64,000 bases of DNA from contig CAXXYE010000009.1 in the NCBI GenBank assembly GCA_963674865.2, positions 544,001 to 608,000 on the forward strand, given 5' to 3'. Position 1 is the first letter of the stretch. Every line of letters starts with the position of its first letter. Positions 9,199 through 18,415 of the stretch are shown one piece after another. A model generated the notes under the pieces. That model was not told where the DNA came from. It saw only the letters and a program-made list of their open reading frames with translations, and searched no databases. This DNA is from Candidatus Hydrogenedentota bacterium. GTDB lineage: Bacteria > Hydrogenedentota > Hydrogenedentia > Hydrogenedentales > SLHB01. A program made the position numbers and the translations under genes.

Positions 9199-10563
9199 GT
9201 GGAATTCGTTTTGCAGATTCCAGTGACAAGACGTCTGAAGCTTGATCTTCTCCTTATGATCGCGCTTCCAGTCTCCTTTATCTGCGGCGGCCTGCTCTCT
9301 GGATTCGGGCCGCTTGGACTTCTCACGACGTGCTTCATCTACTGCCTATTGATGGGCACTCCGGGCTTCCTCCTGATGGGGATCGCGGGACTGACGTTCC
9401 TGGCTTTGCTATTCCTCTTCACGGCGACGGGCCGTTATCGCATTTCCCTGGCTATGTTGCGTTCTCTCGGGTGGGCACTAGTCGCTTTGTTGACGGTGGC
9501 CGCCATTGGTGAGCGTCTGTTTATTATCCTACAACACCCACTTACCAACATTGGGCTACTGCCCTCGCGGAATATCGAATCCGCCGGATGGATAGGTATA
9601 TTCGCCGTATCCATTCTCTCCAATCTTGCCGGCATGGGTGTCTTTGTCATTTCATTGGTGCGTTATGCGCGCCGCCCGGCCTCGCGCAGGGCAGGCGCAC
9701 GGGGCGCCTCCGCCGACACACACGTAGAGATTGCCCCCCGCTATGTCCTTATCGCCGGTACACTGTGCGTGGCCGGTATCCTATACGGGGTCTATCATTT
9801 CACTCCGCGTTTGCACACGTCCGCTTCCCTTGCTGCGCGACTGGTGAAGAGGAGTCCGTCGCACTTGGCAGATGGTGCCTACCGTGAGCTGCGCCGCCGT
9901 GGGGCTGTGGCGGCGCCGGCCCTCGTAGCTGCCATCGAGCAGGCCCCGGATTCCGTGAGGAATCCACGGCCTCGTGACGATAACCTGCCGTTGGCCGTGA
10001 CACTGCAGCTCCTGAATGAAGCGAACACGGAAGAGGCGCGGGAGGCAATGCGCCTATGGGTTCGACGGGCGGACGCCGCCCCGTATTTCCGCGCCGTCGT
10101 TGCGAAGTCGCTGCTCGATGCTGGCGACGTGGCCTGTGTGCCGTTGTTGGATGACTTGTTACGCGACAAGGGAGATAAGGGCCAGACGATCCGAACCATG
10201 CTCTTCCGCTGCTTCACCGGCCCGGAATGGGCGGGGGCCGTCCCCTACCTCAGTACGGCGGTTGATGATACGCTTATCACGGATCTGAACCCGCCGCCTG
10301 AACTGCTCAACGTGTGCATCTCGGCCTTGGTTCGCATCGACACCGAGGATGCCTGGGCGGTACTGGCCCGCATAGCCAGGCACTCTGAGTACTTCCGTGA
10401 ACGTGTTGAGCGAAAAACGAGCAGAGAACGGCTAAACGCTGCACTCACGGAAGCGCCTGGGCCAGGGCAGGGACAATCGCGTCCGCAGCCGGAGCTCGAC
10501 GGGGAGAGCCAGAGGTGGTTTCCCTCGGCATATCCTGTTCACAGGAGGGGCCGCGGCAACTGA
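9199..10563 (+). CDS. Membrane protein with C-terminal HEAT/PBS-lyase-like helical repeats
   Basis: About five TM helices, then helical repeats (GAVAAPALVAAI, AGDVACVPLLDDLL). Confidence 0.6.
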   Translation: MEFVLQIPVTRRLKLDLLLMIALPVSFICGGLLSGFGPLGLLTTCFIYCLLMGTPGFLLMGIAGLTFLALLFLFTATGRYRISLAMLRSLGWALVALLTVAAIGERLFIILQHPLTNIGLLPSRNIESAGWIGIFAVSILSNLAGMGVFVISLVRYARRPASRRAGARGASADTHVEIAPRYVLIAGTLCVAGILYGVYHFTPRLHTSASLAARLVKRSPSHLADGAYRELRRRGAVAAPALVAAIEQAPDSVRNPRPRDDNLPLAVTLQLLNEANTEEAREAMRLWVRRADAAPYFRAVVAKSLLDAGDVACVPLLDDLLRDKGDKGQTIRTMLFRCFTGPEWAGAVPYLSTAVDDTLITDLNPPPELLNVCISALVRIDTEDAWAVLARIARHSEYFRERVERKTSRERLNAALTEAPGPGQGQSRPQPELDGESQRWFPSAYPVHRRGRGN

Positions 10564-10651
10564 GGGCTGCGCCGTGCAATTGAAGAACCAGGCGGGCGCC
10601 GAAGGACAAGACGAAGACTGGTGCCCGGCCAGCCAAGATGGAGATTCGAAC

Positions 10652-11428
10652 ATGGCCATGACGCGTAGCGAACGATTAGTCCGCTGGTTGGCCGCAGCCG
10701 CGTGCCTACTGTGCTTAGCCGGCATCGGATATGTGATCTACCTTATTAGCCCGTCCACGCACAGCTCCGCGTCACTCGTGCAACGGCCGATGACGTCTAC
10801 GAACCAGGAATTAGTTGACGGAGCCCAGAGCGAGCTGGTTAGCCGCGGGGCCGCATCCGTTCCTGCCATCGTTGCCGCACTCGACTCGGCCCCCGAACAG
10901 GAAAAGCGAAACCGGCCATGGGATGGCGGCACGCCGCCGTTGCGATATCTGTTGTACGCGCTGGGCGACATCAACAATGAAGAAGCGCGTGAAGTGCTAT
11001 ATGCGTGGGTTCAGCAAACCGACTACGCTCCGATCTACCGCTTCTATGCGGCACAGGCGCTGCTAAGAACGGGGGACACTGCATGGCTTCCGCTGCTGGA
11101 TGACATGCTGCACCTGAAGAGCGACGAAGGGGAGAGGTTCCAGGCCAGGTTCTTTGTTCTGCTCTGTTTACACGCTGAGGAACTGAGCGCCCCTGCCCTA
11201 TTGCCGGCCTTGCCGTATATTCGCATGGCGGCTGAGGATGTACTCGCCGGCAAACGGCAAGCACGCCCCGACGAGGTCCTGGCGTTTGTTGTTATCCTGA
11301 AGAAGATTAACAACGATGAAGCGCGGCGGCTAATCGTGCGGCTAGCGGAAGGTGACGAATCGTTTCGGCAGGAAATCGAGAAGCGCATCGGCAAGGGCCG
11401 CCTTTCGGATACTCTGAACAGCCGGTAG
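10652..11428 (+). CDS. Single-TM HEAT-like repeat protein, paralog of the preceding gene's C-terminus
   Basis: ATG 10652 after GGAG; aligns by eye with the C-terminal half of 9199-10563. Confidence 0.6.
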   Translation: MAMTRSERLVRWLAAAACLLCLAGIGYVIYLISPSTHSSASLVQRPMTSTNQELVDGAQSELVSRGAASVPAIVAALDSAPEQEKRNRPWDGGTPPLRYLLYALGDINNEEAREVLYAWVQQTDYAPIYRFYAAQALLRTGDTAWLPLLDDMLHLKSDEGERFQARFFVLLCLHAEELSAPALLPALPYIRMAAEDVLAGKRQARPDEVLAFVVILKKINNDEARRLIVRLAEGDESFRQEIEKRIGKGRLSDTLNSR

Positions 11429-11499
11429 CGTCTTGCTGTATCGGGCCCAGCTCCGCTTGTGGCCGCACAGTTGCCGGTGAACGCGCTGAGAAGGGAGCT

Positions 11500-11661
11500 T
11501 CAGTGCGCGGACTTGGGCTTGTAATCGGGACACTTGACCGCGTTGGGCCGTTCCGGATGGATGCACGCGGAAGGGTGGTCGTAGAGGCAATTGTCGCAAA
11601 GGAATTCGGTGGGGCAGCGCACTCGCAGCCACCACTGCCTTAGTTTGGCTCGTAAGCTCAC
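11500..11661 (-). CDS. Small Cys-rich protein (53 aa), not in the ORF track
   Basis: GTG overlapping the AraC stop, GGAG RBS; MSLRAKLRQWWLRVRCPTEFLCDNCLYDHPSACIHPERPNAVKCPDYKPKSAH. Confidence 0.7.
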   Translation of the reverse strand: MSLRAKLRQWWLRVRCPTEFLCDNCLYDHPSACIHPERPNAVKCPDYKPKSAH

Positions 11662-12935
11662 GATCTCTCCCCGTATCTCTTGCGGTACTCGAGAGGGGAC
11701 ATGCCCTCGAACTTGCGGAACAGCCTGCCGAAATTGCTCATGTCCGCGATGCCGACGCGTTGAGCTACTTCGCGCGGGGGAAGCTTGGTGCGCCGCAAGA
11801 GCTCCTTGGCCTTGTCCACGCGCAGGCGGCCGATGAATTGAGAGAAAGATACGCCGAACTTCCGTTGGAGCCAGTGCGTTACCGCCGTCGGATGCACGCC
11901 TAGCTCGCCGGCCACTTCATTGAGCGCGATCTTCTCGGCGATGCGCGACGCCGTGAGACGGCGGAGTTTCGGAAGACTCACCTTGCCGGAGGCGCTGACG
12001 GCGACCTCACTTGCTTGCCGTGAGCGGCGTTGAGCCTTCCTGCGGATCACGGCGAGTACGCTCGTGGCCGCGGCAACCAGTTCGCCGTCGCTGCGTGCCG
12101 CCATCGCTTGCTCGACGAACGCCGGATAACGTTCCCAGCAGCCCGTGGTATCCACCTGTGCGCGTTCCGCGGCATCAAGAGCCGCCGATACCGTGGCGAC
12201 GGCCCGGGCGCGCCGCACCGCGATGCGGGGCCGCTTGCGTCTGTCTGACTCGGTTAGGGCGCCTTCTAACAGGACACGCGCATGGGCTTGGTCGCCGCCC
12301 GCCAAGGCGGCGGCGATGTCCGCCGACTGGTATGGATCCGGCAAGGGGGCGCCGGACTTGCCGCGTCGTTGGGCCGCCTCGGGCTCCTCATCGGGGCCTG
12401 ATGGCGCCGCGTTTTCCGCGGCGGTGTGTGCATCCCAAAGGCCGGCGAGCGTAGCCACGGCCCATTCGGCCAGTTCGGGCATGGCATCCGCCGGAACGAT
12501 ACGGATATCGGACAGATCCACCGCTTTGGCGTCATCGGCGCGGACGCCAAGGTTGATCAGCCCCTGCCAGGCATCCTGTCTGAGCGTCTGCGGCGCCTCA
12601 GAGGGGCAGAAAGGCCCGAAGGTCAAGGCAAATCCCGTGTCTGAAAGGGCTGGGACGCTTACGCAAACGAAACCCAGGTGACAGATGAATGTCTCGCATC
12701 TTCCCCGGCGCAATGCGGCGACGGTGGCGGGGAGCCGCGACGCCCGACACGCGGCGCGCCCACGAAGCCGGGCCTCAGCCATCCGGCACGCGGCGCACTG
12801 GCCAAAACCGAGGACTTTCGGGCCCTCCTCCTCGCCCTCAATGAAATGCAGGCTCATCGGAACGGCAGAGGCGCGGGCGGCACGCTCCAGCGCGGCCACA
12901 GCCGCTGGTGAGCGTAGGAACTCGAGAGGAGTCAT
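11658..12935 (-). CDS. AraC family regulator with PocR-like sensory domain
   Basis: N-terminal C...C...CHLGFVCVSVP...FGPF; C-terminal double HTH (FGRLFRKFEGMSPLEYR). Confidence 0.85.
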   Translation of the reverse strand: MTPLEFLRSPAAVAALERAARASAVPMSLHFIEGEEEGPKVLGFGQCAACRMAEARLRGRAACRASRLPATVAALRRGRCETFICHLGFVCVSVPALSDTGFALTFGPFCPSEAPQTLRQDAWQGLINLGVRADDAKAVDLSDIRIVPADAMPELAEWAVATLAGLWDAHTAAENAAPSGPDEEPEAAQRRGKSGAPLPDPYQSADIAAALAGGDQAHARVLLEGALTESDRRKRPRIAVRRARAVATVSAALDAAERAQVDTTGCWERYPAFVEQAMAARSDGELVAAATSVLAVIRRKAQRRSRQASEVAVSASGKVSLPKLRRLTASRIAEKIALNEVAGELGVHPTAVTHWLQRKFGVSFSQFIGRLRVDKAKELLRRTKLPPREVAQRVGIADMSNFGRLFRKFEGMSPLEYRKRYGERS

Positions 12936-13705
12936 AGCGCAATCTCAAAAAGGGGCGTCGGTTGATTTTGACTCGCCACACACACCCGGGCCGTATGGGA
13001 GCCTATCGCGCGGGTGGCCATCTCGTGCACCAAGTCGGGCGCGTTGTTCTCCTCAGAGACGTGGCCCAGGACGACGACCCGCAGCCCCTCGTGCACCAAG
13101 CTCGCAAGCAAGGAGCACATGTCCGCGTTGGAGAGATGGCCGTGCTTACTCCGAATCCGCTGCCTGAGCGGCGGGGGATAGGGGCCTCGCGCAAGCATCC
13201 CAGGGCAGTGATTGGATTCGATGATCAGGGCGTGGCACCCGGCCAAGCGGTTGCGCACGAGGTGCGACACGTGGCCCAGGTCGGTAGCAAGCCCGAGTTT
13301 GGTTCCGTTGAACCGCACAACAAAGCCGACGGGATCCACCGCGTCATGGGCGATTTGGAAGCTCTCCAAGCTCATCCCATCGAGGGGGATAGCGTCCCCG
13401 GACGCAAAGAACTCGTAGTGCGGAAGTTTGCCAACCGTCGGAGGCAGGGCGGCGTGAGTCTCCTCCGTAATGTAAACGGGGACGCGCAGCTTGCGAGCTA
13501 GAACCCCCACCCCGTTGACGTGGTCGCGGTGCTCGTGGGTGACTACAACGGCCCGCAGATCGTCCAGCCCCTCCCCGAGGGCGGCGGCCCGGCGGCTCAG
13601 CTCTTTGAAGCTGAGTCCGTTATCGATCAGGACCTTCGCCGCGGGGGTGGCAATGAGCAGCGCATTGCCCTTGCTACCACTGCTTAGAAGACTGAAACGA
13701 AGCAA
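12932..13705 (-). CDS. MBL-fold metallohydrolase (YycJ/WalJ-like)
   Basis: SGSKGN, THEHRDH, HDA, TDLG, ESNH, GHLSN, HVSEENN. Confidence 0.92.
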   Translation of the reverse strand: MLRFSLLSSGSKGNALLIATPAAKVLIDNGLSFKELSRRAAALGEGLDDLRAVVVTHEHRDHVNGVGVLARKLRVPVYITEETHAALPPTVGKLPHYEFFASGDAIPLDGMSLESFQIAHDAVDPVGFVVRFNGTKLGLATDLGHVSHLVRNRLAGCHALIIESNHCPGMLARGPYPPPLRQRIRSKHGHLSNADMCSLLASLVHEGLRVVVLGHVSEENNAPDLVHEMATRAIGSHTARVCVASQNQPTPLFEIAL

Positions 13706-13749
13706 ACCGGAATTCCTTGGAAGATGCGTAAATCCTTGTATGAAACGGT

Positions 13750-13778
13750 ATTATAACACGGCGATCAGGGCCCTTCAA
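13750..13778 (-). promoter_or_regulatory. Sigma70 promoter for the yycJ-like/AraC operon
   Basis: TTGAAG-17-TATAAT with extended TGn on the minus strand. Confidence 0.65.
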
Positions 13779-13807
13779 TTGACTCTTTGTGGGTCCGTTG
13801 ATATAAT
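13779..13807 (+). promoter_or_regulatory. Sigma70 promoter for rpoN
   Basis: TTGACT-17-TATAAT with extended TGn. Confidence 0.75.
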
Positions 13808-13839
13808 CAACTCGTGTCAATTAGGAGTATTGTTTCACC

Positions 13840-15258
13840 ATGATGCGTATGGAACCCCGGTTGGTGCAGACGCAAACGCAGCGGCTGATGCTGACCCAAA
13901 AGATGCAGCAGGCGATCCAGATCCTGCAGCTGTCCCGGCTCGAGCTCGAGCAGCATGTGCAACAAGAACTCGATGCGAACCCGGTGCTTGAACTTGTCCA
14001 GAAGGAGTCGGAGCCGGAGCCGCCGCAAGACGCCAAGAGTACCGATGACACGGAGGACTTTGACGATGTCTCCTTTGATCTGGACGACTATGCCAGCCGC
14101 TGGGGCGACCGGCCGACCACGGGCGTGGACCTGAGCCGGAATCGCGATGCCGATGCGCGCCGGGCCTACTACGAGGATTCGATCACGAAAGAGGAGTCCT
14201 TCACCGCCCATCTGCTGACCCAACTCCATGTAGCGGGGGGCGATGATGAAACGACTCGTCTTGGGGAGCGGATCATCGGCGACATTGACGAAAAGGGTTA
14301 TTTCTCAGGCTCCCTGGAAGAGATCGCTGGGGAGTTCGGGGTGCCTGTAGCGCGCGTCGAAGAGGCGCTGGCGCTCGTTCAGCACTTCGAGCCGACGGGC
14401 GTCGGGGCACGGAGTGTGGTTGAATGCTTGCTGATCCAGATCGAGGTCGAGTATCCGGAGCAGGAGGAACTCAAGGTCCTCGTTCGGGATCATCTGACGG
14501 CGTTAGAGCGCCGTCAGATACCGAAAATCGCCAAGGCGATGGGCATCAAGCCGGAGCGTGTCGAGGAACTCAAGGATATGCTCGCGACGCTCGATCCGTG
14601 GCCCGGCCTCGAGTACCGCGTCGATCCCCCGCAATACGTCACACCCGACCTCATCGTCGAGAAAGTGGACGATGGCTTTGAGGTCTATCTCTCCGACGAA
14701 CGCGTGCCCGAACTCCGCATCAGCGATCAGTATCGCCGGATGGCCCGCGACAAGAAGGTTACGGGCGAGGAAAAGCAATATATCCGCGACAAGGTCGAGG
14801 CCGCCAAGTGGCTCATTCGCAATATCCAGCAGCGGCAGGACACCATCCTACGAATTGGCAAGGCCATCGTGGAGGTCCAGGAGGAGTTCCTCGACAAGGG
14901 GATCGAGCATATCCGCCCCCTCACACTCCAGGAGATCGCCGACAAGGTGGGCGTCCATGAAGCCACGGTAAGCCGGACGACACGCGGCAAGTACATGCAA
15001 ACCCCACAGGGCCTTTTCGAACTCAAGTTCTTCTTCTCGCCGGGACTTCGCCACGATTCGGGCGAGGCGCAATCCTCGAAAAGCGTACAATCGCAGGTCA
15101 AGAAGCTGATAGACGAAGAGGACAAGGCCAAGCCGTTAAGCGATCAGAAGATCGCCGATATGCTCAAAACCCAGGGCATCAACATCGCCCGGCGCACCGT
15201 GACGAAGTACCGCGAAGGTTTGGGCCTCCTGTCCACGTCCCTACGCAGGCAGTACTAG
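13840..15258 (+). CDS. rpoN: RNA polymerase sigma-54 factor
   Basis: Q/L-rich N-terminus, HEATVSR, RpoN box ARRTVTKYRE. Confidence 0.98.
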   Translation: MMRMEPRLVQTQTQRLMLTQKMQQAIQILQLSRLELEQHVQQELDANPVLELVQKESEPEPPQDAKSTDDTEDFDDVSFDLDDYASRWGDRPTTGVDLSRNRDADARRAYYEDSITKEESFTAHLLTQLHVAGGDDETTRLGERIIGDIDEKGYFSGSLEEIAGEFGVPVARVEEALALVQHFEPTGVGARSVVECLLIQIEVEYPEQEELKVLVRDHLTALERRQIPKIAKAMGIKPERVEELKDMLATLDPWPGLEYRVDPPQYVTPDLIVEKVDDGFEVYLSDERVPELRISDQYRRMARDKKVTGEEKQYIRDKVEAAKWLIRNIQQRQDTILRIGKAIVEVQEEFLDKGIEHIRPLTLQEIADKVGVHEATVSRTTRGKYMQTPQGLFELKFFFSPGLRHDSGEAQSSKSVQSQVKKLIDEEDKAKPLSDQKIADMLKTQGINIARRTVTKYREGLGLLSTSLRRQY

Positions 15259-15383
15259 CTCTTCTCACGGCGCTGCGCCCCTCCTGGACATTCCCCCGCC
15301 AAAACTGGTTTGATCAGGACTGTTCTGTGTCTTCACGGTTACGATCCCCGCCGCCGCGTCGGCGTTGAATACGGAGGACTCCA

Positions 15384-16538
15384 ATGACCAACCGCGAACG
15401 CATATCGGCGATCATGAACTACGAGAGCTATGATCGGATGCCCGTCGTCCATTTCGGCTACTGGAAAGAGACGCTCGAGAAGTGGGCATCAGAAGGCCAT
15501 CTTACCGATGAAGAGGCCGCCAAGTGGGGCGACGGCAATGACGTGGATCGGGCCATCAGCGAGAAGCTTGGATTCGATTTCGACTGGCAGACGATGCTCG
15601 GCGGCAACAGTCATCTGCTCCCCGCGTTTGAAACGAAGGTGCTCGAAGAATTGCCGGACGGCTCGCGGAAGGTCAGGAACGGCAACGGCGTCGTGATTCT
15701 CGAAAAACCCGGCGCGGGCTCCATTCCACCCGAGGTCGATCACATGCTCAAGACGCGGGAGGACTGGGAGAAGGAGTTTCTCCCTCGGCTCCAGTGGTCC
15801 GAAGAGCGCGTGACGAGCATCAAGGTCCGCGTCAACGGCAAGAGCTTGCCCTGGAACGAGGGCGGACTCGACTACCTTAAGAGTGACGAACGCGAGTACC
15901 CCCTCGGGCTGCATTGCGGCAGCCTGTTCGGGAGCATCCGAAATATGATCGGCCTCACGGGCGTGAGTTACATGTTCGCCGAAGACGACGCCCTCTTCAC
16001 CGAGATCATCGACATCCACGCCGAACTCTCATTCCGCTGCGTGAAGGCGATTCTAGAGAGCGGGGCCAAGTTCGATTTCGGCCACTTCTGGGAGGATATC
16101 TGTTTCAAGAACGGCCCGCTGATTATCCCATCCGTCTTCGATGAGAAGGTCGGGCCGCATTACAAGCGGATCACGGACCTGCTCCGCGAACACGGCATCA
16201 CCATCGTCTCGCTCGACTGCGACGGCTGGATCGACGCGCTCGTGCCGACATGGTTCAACAATGGCGTCAACACGATGTTTCCCATCGAGGTCGGGACGTG
16301 GAACGCGAGCATCGCCCCGTGGCGCGAGCAGTTTGGCAAGGAGTTGCGCGGCGTCGGCGGCATGCGGAAGTACGCCTTCGCGCAGGGCCGGCCGGCCATC
16401 GACGCGGAAGTCGAACGCCTCAAGCCGCTGGTCGAATTGGGCGGCTACATCCCCTGTCCGGATCACCGGATTCCGCCGGATGCCGAGTGGGACAACGTGC
16501 GGTACTACTGCGAACGCATGCGCGAAACCTTCGGATAG
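15384..16538 (+). CDS. Uroporphyrinogen decarboxylase / methylcobamide methyltransferase superfamily protein
   Basis: MTNRER start, DRMPV, WEDICFKNGPLI, DCDG, GGYIPCPDH. Confidence 0.85.
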   Translation: MTNRERISAIMNYESYDRMPVVHFGYWKETLEKWASEGHLTDEEAAKWGDGNDVDRAISEKLGFDFDWQTMLGGNSHLLPAFETKVLEELPDGSRKVRNGNGVVILEKPGAGSIPPEVDHMLKTREDWEKEFLPRLQWSEERVTSIKVRVNGKSLPWNEGGLDYLKSDEREYPLGLHCGSLFGSIRNMIGLTGVSYMFAEDDALFTEIIDIHAELSFRCVKAILESGAKFDFGHFWEDICFKNGPLIIPSVFDEKVGPHYKRITDLLREHGITIVSLDCDGWIDALVPTWFNNGVNTMFPIEVGTWNASIAPWREQFGKELRGVGGMRKYAFAQGRPAIDAEVERLKPLVELGGYIPCPDHRIPPDAEWDNVRYYCERMRETFG

Positions 16539-16554
16539 GGCCGGGCGCTGCGTA

Positions 16555-16968
16555 TCAAAACAGCGCGACGCCGCAGCGGCGGGACGCACGGCGGAGGGCG
16601 GTGTCCTCGGTGGCGAGTTCACACCCCATCCTCATCGCGAGTTCGAGGTACGCGGCGTCATAGGCGGACAGCTTCTGATCGCGCGCCAGCGTGAGAATGG
16701 CGTTAAGGCCCCGCTCCGCAGCACCCGGCGCCACACGAATGGGAAGTGCCTGCAACAGGCCGATGAACCGCGTCGAGTCGGCCTTTGTCAGCCGCTTTCG
16801 CCGCTCTGCCACCACCAGCACATTCGCCACCTCGAGCTGCCAGATGTCCGGCGCCCACGCCTCGCGTTCCGCTAATGATTCCAGCGCGCGATCGGTGTAA
16901 GGACCGGCTTCGTCCGCAAAGCACCACGCCATTGTCACTGAGCAATCCAGAACGAAGGGATCCGGCAT
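16555..16968 (-). CDS. vapC: VapC PIN-domain toxin
   Basis: FVLDCS, EVAN, LSAYDAAYLELA, LATED. Confidence 0.92.
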   Translation of the reverse strand: MPDPFVLDCSVTMAWCFADEAGPYTDRALESLAEREAWAPDIWQLEVANVLVVAERRKRLTKADSTRFIGLLQALPIRVAPGAAERGLNAILTLARDQKLSAYDAAYLELAMRMGCELATEDTALRRASRRCGVALF

Positions 16969-17207
16969 CAGCGGCGGCCCTCGCTGATCATATCGCGAAT
17001 GGACTGCCCACCCGTGCGGTGCTTTTTGCGGAACGCCTTCAGGGCCGCGATGACCTCACCGGGATCGCGCGCCTCTTCCTGGCCCGCGGGTTGCAGCACG
17101 GCGACGGGTTTGCCGTGCCGGGTGATAGTAATGCGCTCTCCCTTGGCGACCCGCTCAAGGAGCTTGGGGAGATGCGTTTTGGCGTCGTAAGCGCCGACGG
17201 TATCCAT
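16968..17207 (-). CDS. Phd/YefM family antitoxin
   Basis: AKTHLPKLLERVAKGERITITRHGKPVA; translationally coupled to vapC. Confidence 0.92.
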   Translation of the reverse strand: MDTVGAYDAKTHLPKLLERVAKGERITITRHGKPVAVLQPAGQEEARDPGEVIAALKAFRKKHRTGGQSIRDMISEGRR

Positions 17208-17226
17208 AAGAGACGGCCTCCCAAGT

Positions 17227-17250
17227 TTAGACCAGTCTAGACTAGTCTAA
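17227..17250. promoter_or_regulatory. Palindromic operator of the toxin-antitoxin operon
   Basis: TTAGACCAGTCTAGACTAGTCTAA, near-perfect 24-bp palindrome about 20 bp upstream of the antitoxin start. Confidence 0.7.
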
Positions 17251-17295
17251 CTTGCGCAGGCGTATCGCGTCAACTGCCGAACTCCGTCAAGACTG

Positions 17296-18027
17296 CTACA
17301 GCCCTCGGAGATTCGAGGCTGCCAACACCAGTCCCATTACGGCGACAAGCGTCATGGCGACCTTCATGAAGACGCGCTGGGGGATACGCCTGGACGCTTT
17401 GACGCCGATGTAGGTGCCGAGCAGGAGGGCGGGCAGCGTCAGGGCCGCGTGTCCTACCACGCGGGCGTTCATGAGGCCGATGAAGGTCAACATGCTGGCG
17501 GAGGCGCAGTTCAGCAGAAAGAAGTAGGCGACGAGATTGGCCCGGAAGACCTCCTTCGGCGTGTTCTGATTGGCGAGGAAGAGGATGGCCGGTGGCCCGC
17601 CCATGGCCGTGCTGCCGCCGATAACTCCGCTCACAAGGCCGACGGGAAAGAGGACGAATCGGTGATTGCGGGCCGGGCGGCGCCAGCCCGTCAGCAGGAC
17701 AACGGCGAACACGGCCACCAGGATCCCGGCCAGGATCTTGAAGAGCGTGGTGTTCAAGTTGTTCAGGATGTAGATGCCGCCGGGCAGCCCGAGGGCGCCG
17801 CCCACCGCAAGGGGGAGAAAGATGCCTGCGCGCACGTGTCGCCGGGCCTCGACGGCAATGATGAGTGAGTTCAGGCCGCTGATGATCACCAGCATGGGCA
17901 CGACGACCTTCTGCGAGAGGATGAGCATCAGGCATGGCGCCGCCACGAGGCCCAGGCCGAAGCCTGTGCAGCCCTGAACCACGCCTCCTGCGAAAACCGC
18001 CGCCGCCACGATAAGAAGCTCTGCCAT
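17296..18027 (-). CDS. TauE/SafE (TSUP) family transporter
   Basis: VQGCTGFGLGL, GGSTAMGGPP, FRANL; about eight TM helices. Confidence 0.9.
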   Translation of the reverse strand: MAELLIVAAAVFAGGVVQGCTGFGLGLVAAPCLMLILSQKVVVPMLVIISGLNSLIIAVEARRHVRAGIFLPLAVGGALGLPGGIYILNNLNTTLFKILAGILVAVFAVVLLTGWRRPARNHRFVLFPVGLVSGVIGGSTAMGGPPAILFLANQNTPKEVFRANLVAYFFLLNCASASMLTFIGLMNARVVGHAALTLPALLLGTYIGVKASRRIPQRVFMKVAMTLVAVMGLVLAASNLRGL

Positions 18028-18153
18028 GAGCCGCCTTCCCTCCCATGTCCACAAACCGCGCATTATAAAGAATGATGGCGGCGAGGGGAAGGGCCCTGGC
18101 GTCTACTCACAGTTGAAGTCACTTATCCGCAGACGTGGAAGCGCCAAGAAGAA

Positions 18154-18225
18154 GCGAAAAGCGAGGACTGACGCAAGCGGAGTCCGGCGCAGGCGGACGG
18201 AGACGTGTCTGTCCCTGCCTTTCGC
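18154..18225. repeat. About 70-bp palindromic MITE/REP-like element, copy 1
   Basis: Imperfect terminal inverted repeats; shares CAGGCGGACGGAGACGTGTCTGTCCC with the inverted copy at 19997-20066. Confidence 0.75.
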
Positions 18226-18322
18226 GGCAAGAGTAAGACGCCGTCAGCGTCACCCACGCCGCTGGTTCGCTCAGAGCGTTCATCGGAGCCGGAGCGGTAA
18301 GAGGGCCAACTGTACGGGAGAA

Positions 18323-18346
18323 CGCGGGCAAGATGCCCGCGCTACA
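18323..18346 (-). repeat. GTAG-type REP
   Basis: Minus strand reads GTAG-CGCGGGCA-TCT-TGCCCGCG. Confidence 0.65.
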
Positions 18347-18415
18347 GTTCACGCAGAAAACGACGCACTTTCAAGCGTGAAACACTGGCCGCGGGAAGGT
18401 ATGCTTGGGGCCGCC

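Noticed and set aside
18026..18415. N-terminal extensions given by the ORF track (HAD, guaA, DUF1080, PHP, isochorismatase)
   Set aside because: They cross intergenic repeats, promoters or neighbouring genes; downstream starts fit family lengths better.
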